From assembly GCA_951406725.2 (NCBI GenBank), contig OX597814.1, positions 225,184,001 through 225,248,000 of the forward strand: a stretch of DNA of 64,000 bases, in the 5' to 3' direction. Origin of the DNA: Octopus vulgaris. Lineage: Eukaryota. Shown piece after piece: positions 40,301 to 53,908 of this stretch (position 1 is its first letter; every line of letters begins with the position of its first letter). A model generated the notes under the pieces. That model was not told the origin of the DNA. It saw only the letters and a list, made by a program, of their open reading frames with translations, and ran no database searches. The position numbers and the translations under genes were made by a program.

Positions 40301-41086
40301 ATCCTCATACAATAGCAACTACAACTCCGTGAAAACTCAATCAACAAGATCACCATTCAGCATGAAAATCTCTACATGGTCATCAGATATGCTAAAAATA
40401 GCAGTTGTATGCCATCATTTGCGTCAATTTGCATATGCATACGTTTGTGTTTTATGTGAGCGTAGGTGTATATTTGTTAACGAGCGTAGGTGGCTTTATC
40501 GTATAAACGCCGTTGCGCATATTTAACTACCTCCATATATACACACGCATTTCCGCTCCTACACACACACATACACGTGCACACGCACACACATAGACAC
40601 ACATGCATAGACACGTGCTCAAACACATACACACGTATACAAACACACACACATTAACACACTCACACCACTTCCTTTTTGATAAGTTATAAACATGGAC
40701 AAGAAATATTATCTTATCATTTGTTTGTGAAATAATAGTGGACACTTGTCTAAATGCATTACAAGAGAAACAGACCCTTTACGAATCGTTCTTGAAACAA
40801 AAACATAGAAAAGAAAACACTAACAAGTAGATTTCTAACTAGCTAATTTGCTTTTTGCATGATCAGTGGCTGCGTGTCATTTATTTTCTATAGTAACTGG
40901 CCTCGTGCCGCCAAAAATGACGAGTAATTGTAGTATTTTTATATATAAATATGGATGGTAAATCAAACTAATATATTTGTCAGTTATCTAGTTTGTTGTC
41001 TTTTGAGATGCGACATCTATCGTCGTTTGTTACTGAAAGAACGCTGGTTCACACGTACAAACATTCGCATACTTCCCTTGTACACA

Positions 41087-41177
<91 letters not shown>

Positions 41178-41779
41178 TCACACAGAGTTGAAATGCTGTT
41201 TGATTTTTTCCTTTCAGGGGTGAATGTTCACCTACCCACCTCCATTGCACACACACACACATTCCCATATCTCTCTTTTACATAATCACACAGAGTTGAA
41301 ACGCTCCCACCACCAATTTGCCATCATTCCTTCCTTCCTTATTCATCTATCACCCCTTCTTTTCTTATTCATATGTTTAGACGGAGAAAAACACAAGCGT
41401 ATTATTATAGTAGATATTGCAATCTGGAATGAACTGCTATCTCTAGCGGACGAGTATCCCCCACCGAATAGGATCACAAACAGATTGAATCCGTACGGTC
41501 TGGCAGTTTCGTGGATGGAAGATTGTAGGGGATCACTCTTCTGCTTGCAGTACATATCGGTTGCAGATTGCATCGAATTAGTAGCTGGGGGAAGCGTCCT
41601 CGTGGGGTTAAAATGATATTAACGTCGTTCCTATGGAACAGCCATGTTTAAGTGGCGATGACCATTACTAATAGTATATTTAAAAATTACTATGAACACG
41701 AACTTACAATAATGTTATATTTTCTAGAAAAAAGCAAACACTATTCCTACCGAAAACCAGACAAGGAAATAGTAGTATA

Positions 41780-42088
41780 GGAGGGGATGCTGGAAAGTTC
41801 CTGGTTTGGGATAAAAGAAGATACAAGAGGATCAGTTAATTATGATTTTATGCGACATTTTCCCCTTTCAGATTCACACGCTTATTGCAACGGCCCTTCA
41901 GATTTTCTAAGCTCTGTAAAAGAATTTAGAAGGTTGGGCCTCCAGCCAGGCCTATTACAACACCTTTAAAGGCAGAACTTTTCAGCACAAACCTCATATA
42001 TATACTTAAGATTTTCTAAGCTTTGTAAAAGAACGCGCCAAGCCTTTCGCGATACCCTTAAAATCAGGAGGTTTTCAGCACCCCTTTG
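41780..42088. mobile_element. Tc1/mariner-type MITE with duplicated right end
   Basis: TA|GGAGGGGATGCTGGAAAGTTCC; right TIR-like GAACTTTTCAGCAC at about 41975-41995 and TTTTCAGCACCCCTTTG|TA at about 42072-42090. Confidence 0.7.
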
Positions 42089-42129
42089 TACATCAATAGT
42101 GATTCCACTCACACAGCCACCATTATGAG

Positions 42130-43950
42130 ATACATGAGTGATAAAGTTATCGATATCGTTTAGTCATTGACAGCAGCCAAGGAATTAATCGAGCAAATAG
42201 CAGATAGAGCGACTCACAAGTGGACCTCTGCCCCTCCACAAAAAGTGGAAAAGTAATCGCCCCATCTTGTTTAGCCACAAATCGGGGCAAGGCACAACGG
42301 TCAAGTGGTAGGTAATCACAGATACCATAAACACATCTACGATCTCCTCCCTCCCTTTCAGGGACAACCACCACTCAGACCAGATCTGAGTTAGGTGAAT
42401 CACTCTGCTTGTCACTTCACTCCCGTTCTTCTCTATCTGGAGATCTGGCTCGAACCAGGCCCCTAACATCTTAACCGGACCCTCCGTCCAACGCCTAACA
42501 ACGTTGTTGTGAGGTATCGACTTGCCTTTCCAGGTGCCGAGCTGCAAGCCGACTGACTTATCACGGTTAATCTTAGCTCCTGCCACCGATTCGTAATCCT
42601 TAATGGGATCGCCTACCCTCCGTAGGTATTCCACTTCAGACACGATGATGGTGATGTCCTCATATGTGGAAACTGACTTTCCACAACCGAGATCTCGCAA
42701 AACGCTCCTCATACCCTCCAACCTCCGCAGTAAAGGCTCCAAAGTCAGCTCATACAGAAGTGGAGAGAGGTGACATCCTTCACCCACCGAACGCTTGATG
42801 CTGAATGGCTCCAAAAAGAAGCCATTCACTCGAACGATCGATTCAATGTTGTTATAAAGTGCTAAGATCCAACTAAGATCCAAGCCCGAACTCCGTGACG
42901 ACTGACACTAGATACCAATGGTCAACCCTGTCAAAAGCTTTTGATTGGTCTAAATGAACCAAAGCACCGTCCTTGCCAGGAAGTCTACTTACCCTCTCTA
43001 AAGTATAGCGTATAAGATGGAGGTTTGTGTCTCTTTTCTTTTCATATTTTGCAGCTCCTTCCTGCTCTCTTTCAATACTGGCGCTGTAGGAGGTGCAACT
43101 GTTTCCGCAGCGGGTGGGGAGCTTTTGCTTTCACTGGTAGAGAGCATTCAGATCTTATGTGCCCCTTTTGGCCTCACTTAAAATATCTTGGCTTTCTGCC
43201 CTCCACTATTACTCTCAGGATCGTGTCATCCCCTACCCGTATGGTGTCTGCAATCAATTCGAGGTCATCTTGGGAGGCCTGTAATAACATTTCCAGGCTT
43301 TAACTCTGCCAATTTTGTTGATGAATTTTCGTAGCATGGCGGATTGTCACTTTATCCTCCAAGCCCAAAACGATAGTGACCACCAGCCAAGCAACGTCGA
43401 CCTTCGGGATGATTTCTCCTTCCTTCACCTTGGAAATTCGCCTTCCCAAATAGGTAGGTAGGAGTACTAATTCGTTCGATCTCAGAAGTGATGTTGTGTG
43501 TTGCCTGGCCTTATCTTCACTTGTGGACAGCATCTCTATTTTTGCGAACCGATTCCCTCTGACAAGATACACATCTTGCCAGATTGGTTGTAGGCATTTT
43601 CCCGCCTGTTCCTTGGTAATTATTTCCAGTTTAATTGATACTGTCGTAAAAACAATGGTTTTCAGAGGGGTATCATGCGTCACTTCGCTGGGAGGGGTAA
43701 GTTTGATCTCATACCCCTCTCGTTGAAGCATTCCTTTAAACTTGTCTAGTTCTTGGTTTCCAAGTTTCAAGTCTTCCCTATTGACGCCGGCAACAAATGC
43801 AAAGTTTTTTACTTTTCATTTTCCACTTGTAATTTTGTTCATTTCTTTTGAGTCTTTCAACAATTTTCTGTTCAAACCTGAACTTGTTGATTCAAGTCTT
43901 CGTCCGACGAAGACTCATCTGATGAACTTATGCTCAAAATGAGAAAAAAT
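42130..43950 (-). mobile_element. Tx1/L1-clade LINE remnant: ORF1 fused to RT, endonuclease deleted
   Basis: RT LDQSKAFDRVDHWYL, VRVNGF..EPFSIKRSV.EGC.LSPLLY.L.LEPLL; ORF1 43300-43770 with degenerate zinc knuckle RKPRYFK*GQKGHIRSEC. Confidence 0.85.
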
Positions 43951-45048
43951 ATTCAAAAAAGGGAAAATTTTGCCCAATGGGGAAACCGTTAACAAATCTG
44001 CCAGAAGGCAGTAAAATAAGGTGTTTCAAAACAAATGCTATAAAAGTTCAACGAAACGGTAAGACTTCCAAACATAATTTCAACGAAATCACAATATTTA
44101 CCAAAAAGATGTCCAAACTAACTGATCAGTTTCAGAGGATTGTGACAACGGTGAAAAAAAATCAGCATTGATTTATTGACGCATTTGGGCAAGTTTATGT
44201 CTGTATTATCAGACAATTGCGACAAAATGTTTTTTAAAAATTCAAAATTCTGCAAAAATCCGGTACAAATTCTTCATGGTTCAAAACGTTGCTTACTTTT
44301 TACTTGTTTACTTTTTACATCAAGAAATATCTTGATATAAGAAAATATTCCTCAAAGACAACTGTTACTCCGTCGAAGGCTGCTTATATGTGTTCCTTTC
44401 ACCACCGTCTAAGGGTGAATAGATACAATCCCTTAGATACAGACATGCAAATATAAAAGTACCTATACTTATATACAAGCACACACATATATACATATAA
44501 TCTTACAGTATACGCATATATACGTTTATCCATCTACGCATTTTCACAGACAACAGCTCTATTTTCTCTATTTTCACAGACAACAGCTAAACATAAATAC
44601 TTATTTTTTAGTATTTTACATAGACACACGCACACACGCACATATATATACACACATACATATACGTACATGCATATACACACTCATACATACATACATA
44701 CATACATACCTACCAATGCACACACACACATACACACACACTAAAATGCCAATACATCTACACATACGCACATGCATATAAATCTATGTACAGTCATATA
44801 ACTATATATAATTACATATATATATATATATATATCAGTATCATACACCTCAACATGTATATATGAATTTCTACATGTAAATGAAAGGGGTGATTATAGA
44901 TGGCTACTCCTGAGTGGAATCTGGGGGTTACCTCATTCGGATTTACGATTGAGGGTGGGTTTGTATTCCTGTATACAGACAGCTTCGATGACTTGTCTCA
45001 GCATTGCATCAGTGGCATACACACACACGCACACACACACACACACAT

Positions 45049-45093
<45 letters not shown>

Positions 45094-45179
45094 GTGAAAT
45101 AGAAAGATGAATAATCTTGTAGCAGATTAATCAAACGATTTCTGTTCAATCTTCGTTCAGCTCCATTTCTTCAATTCAC

Positions 45180-45240
<61 letters not shown>

Positions 45241-45249
45241 TCTGTCCAA

Positions 45250-45375
45250 CAATTTCGTTGACATGGCATTGGTCATCCCAGGGTTTTAGTGAAAGGTATT
45301 AACCCAAAGTACAGCGTTTGGGACTGACCCCTCAACCATGTGATTGCAAAGCGAGCTTCTTAACCACACAGCTAT
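45250..45375 (-). mobile_element. SINE family C head (degenerate)
   Basis: GCTGTGTGGTTAAGAAGCTCGC...CACATGGTT on minus strand. Confidence 0.65.
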
Positions 45376-45986
45376 GCATGTGATATAAGAAATATCTTGA
45401 TGTAAGAAAATATTCCTCAAAGCTGCTTCATAACTACTAGAAGTAGTTATAAAGACAAACTGAAAAACACAAAACAACCCACACACAAAACAACACTGAA
45501 TATAAAACGAGAAGTTAAGTTGGTGCAACCCTCCACAAACGTAGCGATAATCTCTCAGTCGCTGCCAAGTATACTGTTCTTCGTTTCACAAAGATGCAAC
45601 AGAAGAGTTTTTTTTTTAATTCTATAAAATCTGTTATGATTATTTACATAATATAAGTCTCAGATATCTCCAACTAAATCTGAAAATCCAGTAACATGAC
45701 ATAACCACTATTTGAATGCAACTGTAGAAATATTCTAAACTAGAAAATTGTATCTAAAACCGCTGGGGAGATACAACCGATGTAAAGATAAAAAGTGGAA
45801 TCGAAATGATATTATCGGGTTAACAGAAAAAGATCTAAATCTGATAGACACAAGATATCATTGATTCACTTCAAAGAACGAATCATTCCACATCATTGTC
45901 ACAACATACATGGGATCGCAAGTAAAGCATGGTCGATAAAAAAGAAAGTCAAAGCATTCAACTTAAGCAGCAGCAGACGGAACATA

Positions 45987-46505
45987 CGAGGTCTGGCCAA
46001 AATGTATCAGGACTTGTGTTATAAAAAGAAAACTACAGCACATTTCATTTCGCCTTTTTATCTCCTTCGAAGTAGTCTCCTTCTGAAGCCACATACTTTA
46101 TCCAGTGTCGTTTCCATTAATGGAAGCATTCTCCAAACTCCGTTTTCTCGTCGCATTCCTTTAGATTTCCTCGACGTCTTGAAATCTAGATGGGATCTTC
46201 CACTGTGAAGGCCGAGCCTTTGTTTCGGGATCACCTGTTTATTACTGTTTCCAAAAAGCTTTCGTTTTCCTCAGCACAATCAAGGAGACCCTGGGCAGCT
46301 GAAACCGGATCTTCGTTTTGAGACGACCACACTCTATATACTTCAATTCCAAGCACTGCCATAAACAACGGAAGCGAGCGAATAAGTTATAACCTAGTAC
46401 GCATGCGTGACAGAAATGAAAGTCAACCTGTGCCGAGCGACTTCATTCTGCATACTTTAACTCTGTTACCATAGCAACAATCCCGATACTTTTTGATCAG
46501 ACCTG
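45987..46505. mobile_element. Tc1/mariner-type non-autonomous element
   Basis: TA|CGAGGTCTGGCCAAAATGTATCAGGA ... TCCCGATACTTTTTGATCAGACCT terminal inverted repeats. Confidence 0.8.
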
Positions 46506-46844
46506 GCGTGTATAACCTAAAAATATAAAACAGTAATTTATACCGGTAACGTCTTGAATAAAGGGAGACGAGACATTCTGCACGTTTTTGTACTTTTTCT
46601 GCAGTATTTCTACCGGCAGTTTGTATCCTACCTACATGGCCTGCATGGACGACTGACTTAATCCCTCGCTCGGTTTAACACCACCATCTACAACCTTAGG
46701 TGACTTTAGCGGATCCCAGTCTATTGCATTTCGGTGAAGAGCCCAGCTTTGAGAGTAACTTTATCCCACTCTTCCAGTAATGTATTTTTGAGGGGTGAGG
46801 GACCTATATATGGCTGTGAATAAATAAATAAATAGAAAAGTAAG

Positions 46845-46980
46845 GCATGGCTGTATGATAAAAAGCTGGCTTCCCAAGCACATACTTGCAGGTTCAGTTC
46901 CATCGCGTTGCACCTTGGGCAAGTGTCTTCTACAATAGAAGACAGGATTTGGTAGACGGAAACTGAGAGAAGCCAGTCGT
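46845..46980 (-). mobile_element. SINE family C 5' half (degenerate; orientation as read from the head motif is plus-like, uncertain)
   Basis: GCACCTTGGGCAAGTGTCTTCTAC and GGATTTGGTAGACGGAAACTG match 28253-28330; tail piece at 47310-47508. Confidence 0.5.
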
Positions 46981-47071
46981 GTGTGTGTGTATGTGTGTAT
47001 ATATATATAACATATAGTATAATCATAAACAGGGCAAATTTTAGCCATTTTTCCGCAGACTGAAAAAAGCG

Positions 47072-47126
47072 TTGAACGACCTTAGTCGATTTTCGAACCT
47101 TATAGGGTTCTCATCAGGGGCGTCCA
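47072..47126 (-). ncRNA. Minimal type I hammerhead ribozyme motif
   Basis: TGGACGCCC-CTGATGA-GAACC-CTATAA-GGTTC-GAAA-A-TCGA-C-TA-AGGTCGTTCA. Confidence 0.7.
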
Positions 47127-49289
47127 CATCATTCTGACAGCCTCCAGAGAAAGAAGCAGCCAAACTGTTTATATACTCAACGAATGCAGCAGTTACACTA
47201 TAAAGGTGTCCCTAATTTGCATACCGAAAGTGCTTAACACTCTATGAATACCAGCGGCCTGTCAACAGGGATCTTAGTCCACACACACACATATATTTAT
47301 TTATTTATGCGTGTCATTGTATCTGTATCTCCCTTCACTGCTAGAGAACCGTTGTTTGTATGTTTACGTTCCCGTAAGCTAGCGGTTTGGTAAAAGAGAA
47401 CAATAGCTTAAGAAAATAAATACTAGGATCGATTCGTTCGACTAAAATTCTTCATGGCCCCAGCATGGCCGCAGTCTAATGGCTGAAACAAGTAAAAGAC
47501 AAAAGATGAAGGGAGACATCTAGAAATTAGAGAGTATTTTTAACATTTCTACACGTTTTTAAGTACCAGGCGTATTGAAGTTACAAATGGTATTACGAAC
47601 AGATGTGAATGAATTTTAGTTAAAGTTAGAAGCTGAATAGGAGATTTTAATAGTGACTTTATTTAAAGTTTTGTAGTATTTTCACTGTAGGTGGACCTTT
47701 TAAAAATAATTTTTAAAACGTATACGTCATTCGAGTATCTATAAGGATATTAAACAGGGGAGTGAACCAAATAACATCGTTTCCCCAACGCCCTTTCAAA
47801 ATGTATTTCTATTAAAATTAGTAATATTGTGCCTAGTGGAAAAGTTATTTTATTTATTTTATTTTGTTTTTGTTTTTTTTATCTTTGAAATCGTGTTTAA
47901 CTAAAACTTCATTGCAATACTGAGATGTATTTTCAAAGATTTTGGAACGCTTAAAGCAGTTTTTTTCTGTTTGGAACTTGTATACTTTTAATCAAGATAT
48001 TCATTTCCTAATTGATCATAGTCCTTATCGAGGAAAAATGAATTTGACAAAAAGCAGAGAAACCAAAAGTATTAAACGAGCGCAATAATAACAAATACTA
48101 ATTATTGAATTAAAATCAACAATATCAAAATAACCAAAAATACATAATATAAAAAGTTGTTTCTTATAATCAATCTAGATATATCCATTCTTATAAACTT
48201 TATTTCTATCATTCATATTTTCATTATTCTTATATATAAACATCTATGTAAAGAAACCATATTCATTATTAAAGAAAGACTATAATTCCAACGAATATAT
48301 ACAAACCTCGAGAAAAAAATTGAAGTACAGAGGTAAAACGTACTGTTATTATAAAAGTACTCAAAAATCATAATTGCTGAATAAAAAAACCCTTTATTAT
48401 CAATAAAACTATAAGAATACAAAGTATGTTTGTTCCAGCAAACGTTGGTGTTGGAAAATGAATGAATAATGTATATTAATATCACCGATTTCAAAACATC
48501 AGCAGGTGCCGCGAAGAATATTGAGGACGAGGTGTCATTTGATGTCTATGAGGTCAGAAAAAAAAAACATGAAAATATCAGAAAATAGAGACAAAAAAAT
48601 TACCATAGTTAAAAAAAAAAATCTTCGATGAAATATTAGATGGTATGAAGGCAGAACCAATATTTACTTACATGGGTTTGGAAACAATATTTAGAAAAAT
48701 TCCACTATCAGAGTTTAGGCAGCAAGAAAAAAATTCCAGTTTTTAAATATAATGTTCAGCAAAGGAAGAGTTTGGGTCAACGCTTAATGAATGCTTCGAG
48801 GTTACTAACAGAGCGCAAAACAACGTATACAATGGTAAGCATTAAAGAAATATAAGATAATGAATAAATAATATTTAAATAAATAGCCATCTGTGTATCA
48901 TATTTAATGCAAATACATCGCGTAAAGGCAAATCTGCTGTGGTATTCGTCCAGAGATAATATCCCTTATGGACGTACTGTGCTTAAAAATACAACTATAT
49001 CGGTGGCAGCCAAAAGCCGTCTTACAGCAGCGGCGTGAACGCTTGATGTGCATTTCTGCTTTGTTAGGCTTAGTCAGTAGCATGTATGCACAGCCTATTA
49101 TATGCTAAGATAAAATTTGCCGCTATTTTTATAGGAAAACAGTGACTGGAAAATCATTTGTGTTTCATTTAGCCGCTCATCTAATCCCCTTAATTACGTT
49201 TTGTAGATTACTAACTTTTCCCCACACACCCTATTTCCGTCGCCTGCTTATGCACAAGTAGCAAATCTCTCAGTTTGGATGCTCTTCTC

Positions 49290-50340
49290 TTCATGTTTTA
49301 TGACTTCACATTAGATTTGTTTGGCGATCGCTTCGCAAATATCTGCTGCAACTGGCTACAGAAAAGGAAAATTTCTCGTCCTATGAAAAAGGACCCAAAT
49401 AAGCGAGATCAAGTGATTATTTTCGGCTCATAACTCTGTCAAGCACAGATTTCGAGATCCTGGCAAATGTGTTAGTCAAACGGTTAGCGTGTCACCAATG
49501 ACGCATACATGCAATGCACCATCCCGAACAGATCTGTGCACAGCAAACTCTTCCTCATGCGATACATCATAAAAAGGGTGGGTAAAAACTTGACATGAAT
49601 GAGGCTCTGATAAACTTAGCTCAATCGAAGGCCTTCCATAGGGTCGGTCATCAATTTCTGATGGCTGTCCTCACAATATCCGATTTCGAACGTCTGAGTA
49701 AATAGTTACCTATCAGAACCTTTCAGTAACATGCACTCGGTTCATCTCTTCTGTATGTACTGACTCTGGAGCCACTACTGCGGAAACTAGAGACTTTGGT
49801 GGATAACCCGTACAAAATAGAATGCGAAAAATTTGTGTCGGAAAATTAGTGTCGAACACTAACGACATCGAAGTGATCAGAAGCGTTCTAAGAGAATACA
49901 AGATGGTGACAAACCAGGTTAAATCCGGTAGGCATGCTGGACGGACGGACAAGTTACATTGCTCGGGATCTTCTTTGGCTCAGATTTTCAGGTGGAGAAG
50001 AACTGAGATGAGATGACGAGCAAGGTCGCCAATCTCAACCGGAGAGGAGCAGGAATTAATTCCTGAAGGTCTGGACATGGGGGAGAAAGGAGAAAACGGC
50101 TACATTGCTTCCGTTGCTTATTACCGCCTAATCGTCATGTCTTGCTTACTTCAAGGTTGGCCAGAGCGGAACGCTGGCTCATCCGCTAGTTATGGAGGGG
50201 TCGTGTCCCGTTGGTCGGAAGGTTCATTTGCTATCGGCATCTGCTAACGTAAAGGACAGGGCATACCAAGACTAAGAATGTGCAGACATGCGCTGATACT
50301 GCGAAAACTCTTGCATTTCCTTGGCAGTGAACAGGTGTTT
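49290..50340 (+). mobile_element. Degraded Tx1/L1-clade RT fragment
   Basis: KKDPNK..FRLITLSSTDFEILANVLVKRLA and AQSKAFHRVGHQFL; homologous to 42185-43020. Confidence 0.7.
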
Positions 50341-50498
50341 AGCAAGTAATAATCTGCATGTACACACATATAGACATGCTAACAGATGCATACGTACACA
50401 CGCATAAGTCAAAACCTAACAGATCTACACGTATAATGATATTCATGCATGCATGCATAAACGTACATGTGTGTTGTTACATGCATGATTCTCTAGAT

Positions 50499-50792
50499 CA
50501 GTGGTTCTCAACTATTTTTTACCTATGAACCCTTTTGATTAACTATTCTATTCTGGTGAACCCCTGTAGGAATTCGATGATTGTCCCACACATTCACTCG
50601 TATCAGATGAACGACACAAAACATCAGAGAAAGAAACCTCGCTATTTCTTGCAGTAGATACATCTAATGCAACATTTTTTCATCGACTCATAAAACACTA
50701 CTGTCGACCCAGTTGACTATTTTGCCTGTATGGATTCCCTAAGTCTGGTAAGGACCACTGGAGGTCAAATGGACCCTGGTTAAGAACCACTG
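50499..50792. mobile_element. hAT (Charlie-like) MITE
   Basis: TIR CAGTGGTTCTCAAC / GTTAAGAACCACTG; 8-bp TSD CTCTAGAT/GTCTAGAT. Confidence 0.9.
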
Positions 50793-50924
50793 GTCTAGAT
50801 TGTGGTTTGAATTAGTGAATGATCCATAAGGATTAGAAACCAGCTCATTCTCTGTTGGCGATAAGTTTGGAAATTAATGCCAGATGATATGTACATACTG
50901 CATAAGCGTATTTCTTCTATTTTT

Positions 50925-51430
<506 letters not shown>

Positions 51431-51589
51431 ACTTCTTACCACACAGCCACTTTCACAATGACACGCGCGCGCGCGTGTGTGTTGTGTGAGAGAGAGATAC
51501 AAACACACAGGCAGACAGACAGATGGACAAACATATATTTACATATATGTGTGTGCGTGTGTGTGTATATATATATATAAATTTATCAG

Positions 51590-51857
51590 GTGTCCAGCAT
51601 GGGAATAGAAAAACCCTCAAAGGTAATAATTATTATAAAAATTATAATTTAGGGTATCTAAGAGATACCACCACGCTGGAAATAGCAGCCAAAATTTAAC
51701 TCTAAAACCACATTTAATGTACAGAACGAGGAGTGAAGACAAGGAGACAAAATAAACTAGCAAAAAGAATTACTGGATAATTCCAGATCCCGGATTTCTA
51801 GCTCTGCATAAGAAATGCTCTGCCTTCATCAGTGGAATATACTCAGATAGCACATAA

Positions 51858-51926
<69 letters not shown>

Positions 51927-52135
51927 CAACATACGAAAACTTACATATACGAACGTATACATACATATATACGCACGTATGCACACGACCAGTTAAAACT
52001 TTTTGGTAGTTTATTTTGTTTCTTTGTCTTCTCTCCTGGTGCTGTATGAACATCAAATGTGGTTTTAGAGTCAAGTTTTGGCTGCTATTTCCAGCGTGGT
52101 GGTGTCTCTTAGATATCCTAAATTATAATTTTATA
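51590..52135 (-). mobile_element. Hammerhead-bearing pLTR/retrozyme-like element with inverted partial copy
   Basis: Homologous to 25464-25802; 51998-52135 is the inverse of 51636-51768. Confidence 0.75.
51780..51838 (-). ncRNA. Type I hammerhead ribozyme motif
   Basis: ATTCCA-CTGATGA-A-GGC-AGA-GCAT-TTCTT-ATGC-AGA-GCT-A-GAAA-TCCGGGA-TC-TGGAAT; predicted cleavage after AUC. Confidence 0.75.
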
Positions 52136-52195
52136 TACATATGTGTGTGTGTGTGTATGTGTGTGTGTGTGTGCGTGTGTGTGTGTATGTCTGTG

Positions 52196-52495
52196 TGTGG
52201 AGGCACATGGCCTAGTGATTAGAGCAGCGGACTTGCGGTCGAGGTATCCCGGGTTCGAATCTCAGACCGGGCGATGTGTGTGTTTATGAGCGAAACACCT
52301 AACCTCCACGCGGCTCCGGCAGAAGGTAATGGCAAAATTCAGCTGACTCTTTCACTACAACTTTCTCTCACTCTTCCCCTCTGCATCGATTAGCTCACCT
52401 GCGACGGACCGGCGTCCTGTCCAGGTGGAGAACTTATACGCCAAGGAAACCGGGAAACCGGCCCTTATGAGCCGGGCGTGGCTCGAGAAAGAACA

Positions 52496-52500
<5 letters not shown>
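52196..52500 (+). mobile_element. SINE with family B head and a different 3' module
   Basis: Head as at 21462; then CCTGCGACGGACCGGCGTCCTGTCCAGG (V-domain-like) instead of the B tail. Confidence 0.8.
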
Positions 52501-52542
<42 letters not shown>

Positions 52543-52841
52543 TATATGTGTATGTAAATATATGCGTGTATATATATAGTGTGTGGTATGTACTTGTCCA
52601 CCCTAATCCGACCCACTTGATGCGTGTTACTTTGTTTACGTACCCATAACCTAGCCGTTCGGCAAAAGGAGCTGACAAAATAAGCACCTGACTTTGAGAT
52701 ATATACTAAGGTCGATTTGTACGGCTAAGCCCTTCAAGAGAGTACTAGAGTACCCCCTTGAGGCTTTAGTGTAAGCACTGAAACAAGTACAAGAGTAAGG
52801 GAGCAGATCAATACGAACATAGGCAAACATACAAAGGTACA

Positions 52842-52879
<38 letters not shown>

Positions 52880-53196
52880 GTCAGACAGACACACAGACAA
52901 ACAGAAAGACAGAAAGTAACATACTGTTGAGGCACATGACATAGATATGCATCGATACAACACGCACGTACACACACATGTATACACATATACACACATG
53001 CTAAACTTATCACCCTCGACTTCTATGTTCATATTCAGACAACTCATGTACACACACACACGCACCCACCTATCCACCCACACACACATACACACACACT
53101 CGGCTAAATGCGTTTCTCTCAATATATGTAGGCGGACATATTAACAGCTGTTGTGAAAAAAAATAAACTGCCTTTTGATCCACCACCTTTCTCTCT

Positions 53197-53280
<84 letters not shown>

Positions 53281-53455
53281 TATAATGTATGTATATATGT
53301 GTATCTATGTATGTATGTATATGTATATATATGTTTGTATATACATGTGTATATACATATATATATATATACACATATATATATACATATATATACATAT
53401 ATATACATATATATATATATGTATATACATTATATATATACACTATATGTATATA

Positions 53456-53496
<41 letters not shown>

Positions 53497-53645
53497 GTAT
53501 TAATATAGATGGCTGTATGTGTGTATATACACGCATGTGCATAAATATAAATATATAAATATACATACATGTGTGTGTGTATACAGATAAATATTATATA
53601 CTAAATATCATATATCATATATATACACACGCACACACGTGCATA

Positions 53646-53704
<59 letters not shown>

Positions 53705-53854
53705 GCGTTTGTATGAGGGCGTATGTAGGTGCAGAAGTATGTGTAAGCGTGGTTTTGTTTTGCATGCATATCTTCTCGTATATTCTACACATTCATCTTT
53801 ATAAATGTACACGTGCGCACGCGCACACACACACACACATTCATATCACTTGTA

Positions 53855-53908
<54 letters not shown>

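Noticed and set aside
44974-45015. Further hammerhead-like motif on the minus strand (CTGATGC...CATC-GAAG-CTGTC)
   Set aside because: Both core halves are mutated; cannot be distinguished from chance without paralogs
48490-48840. Two possible small exons or hAT transposase relic
   Set aside because: No consistent frame or recognisable motif
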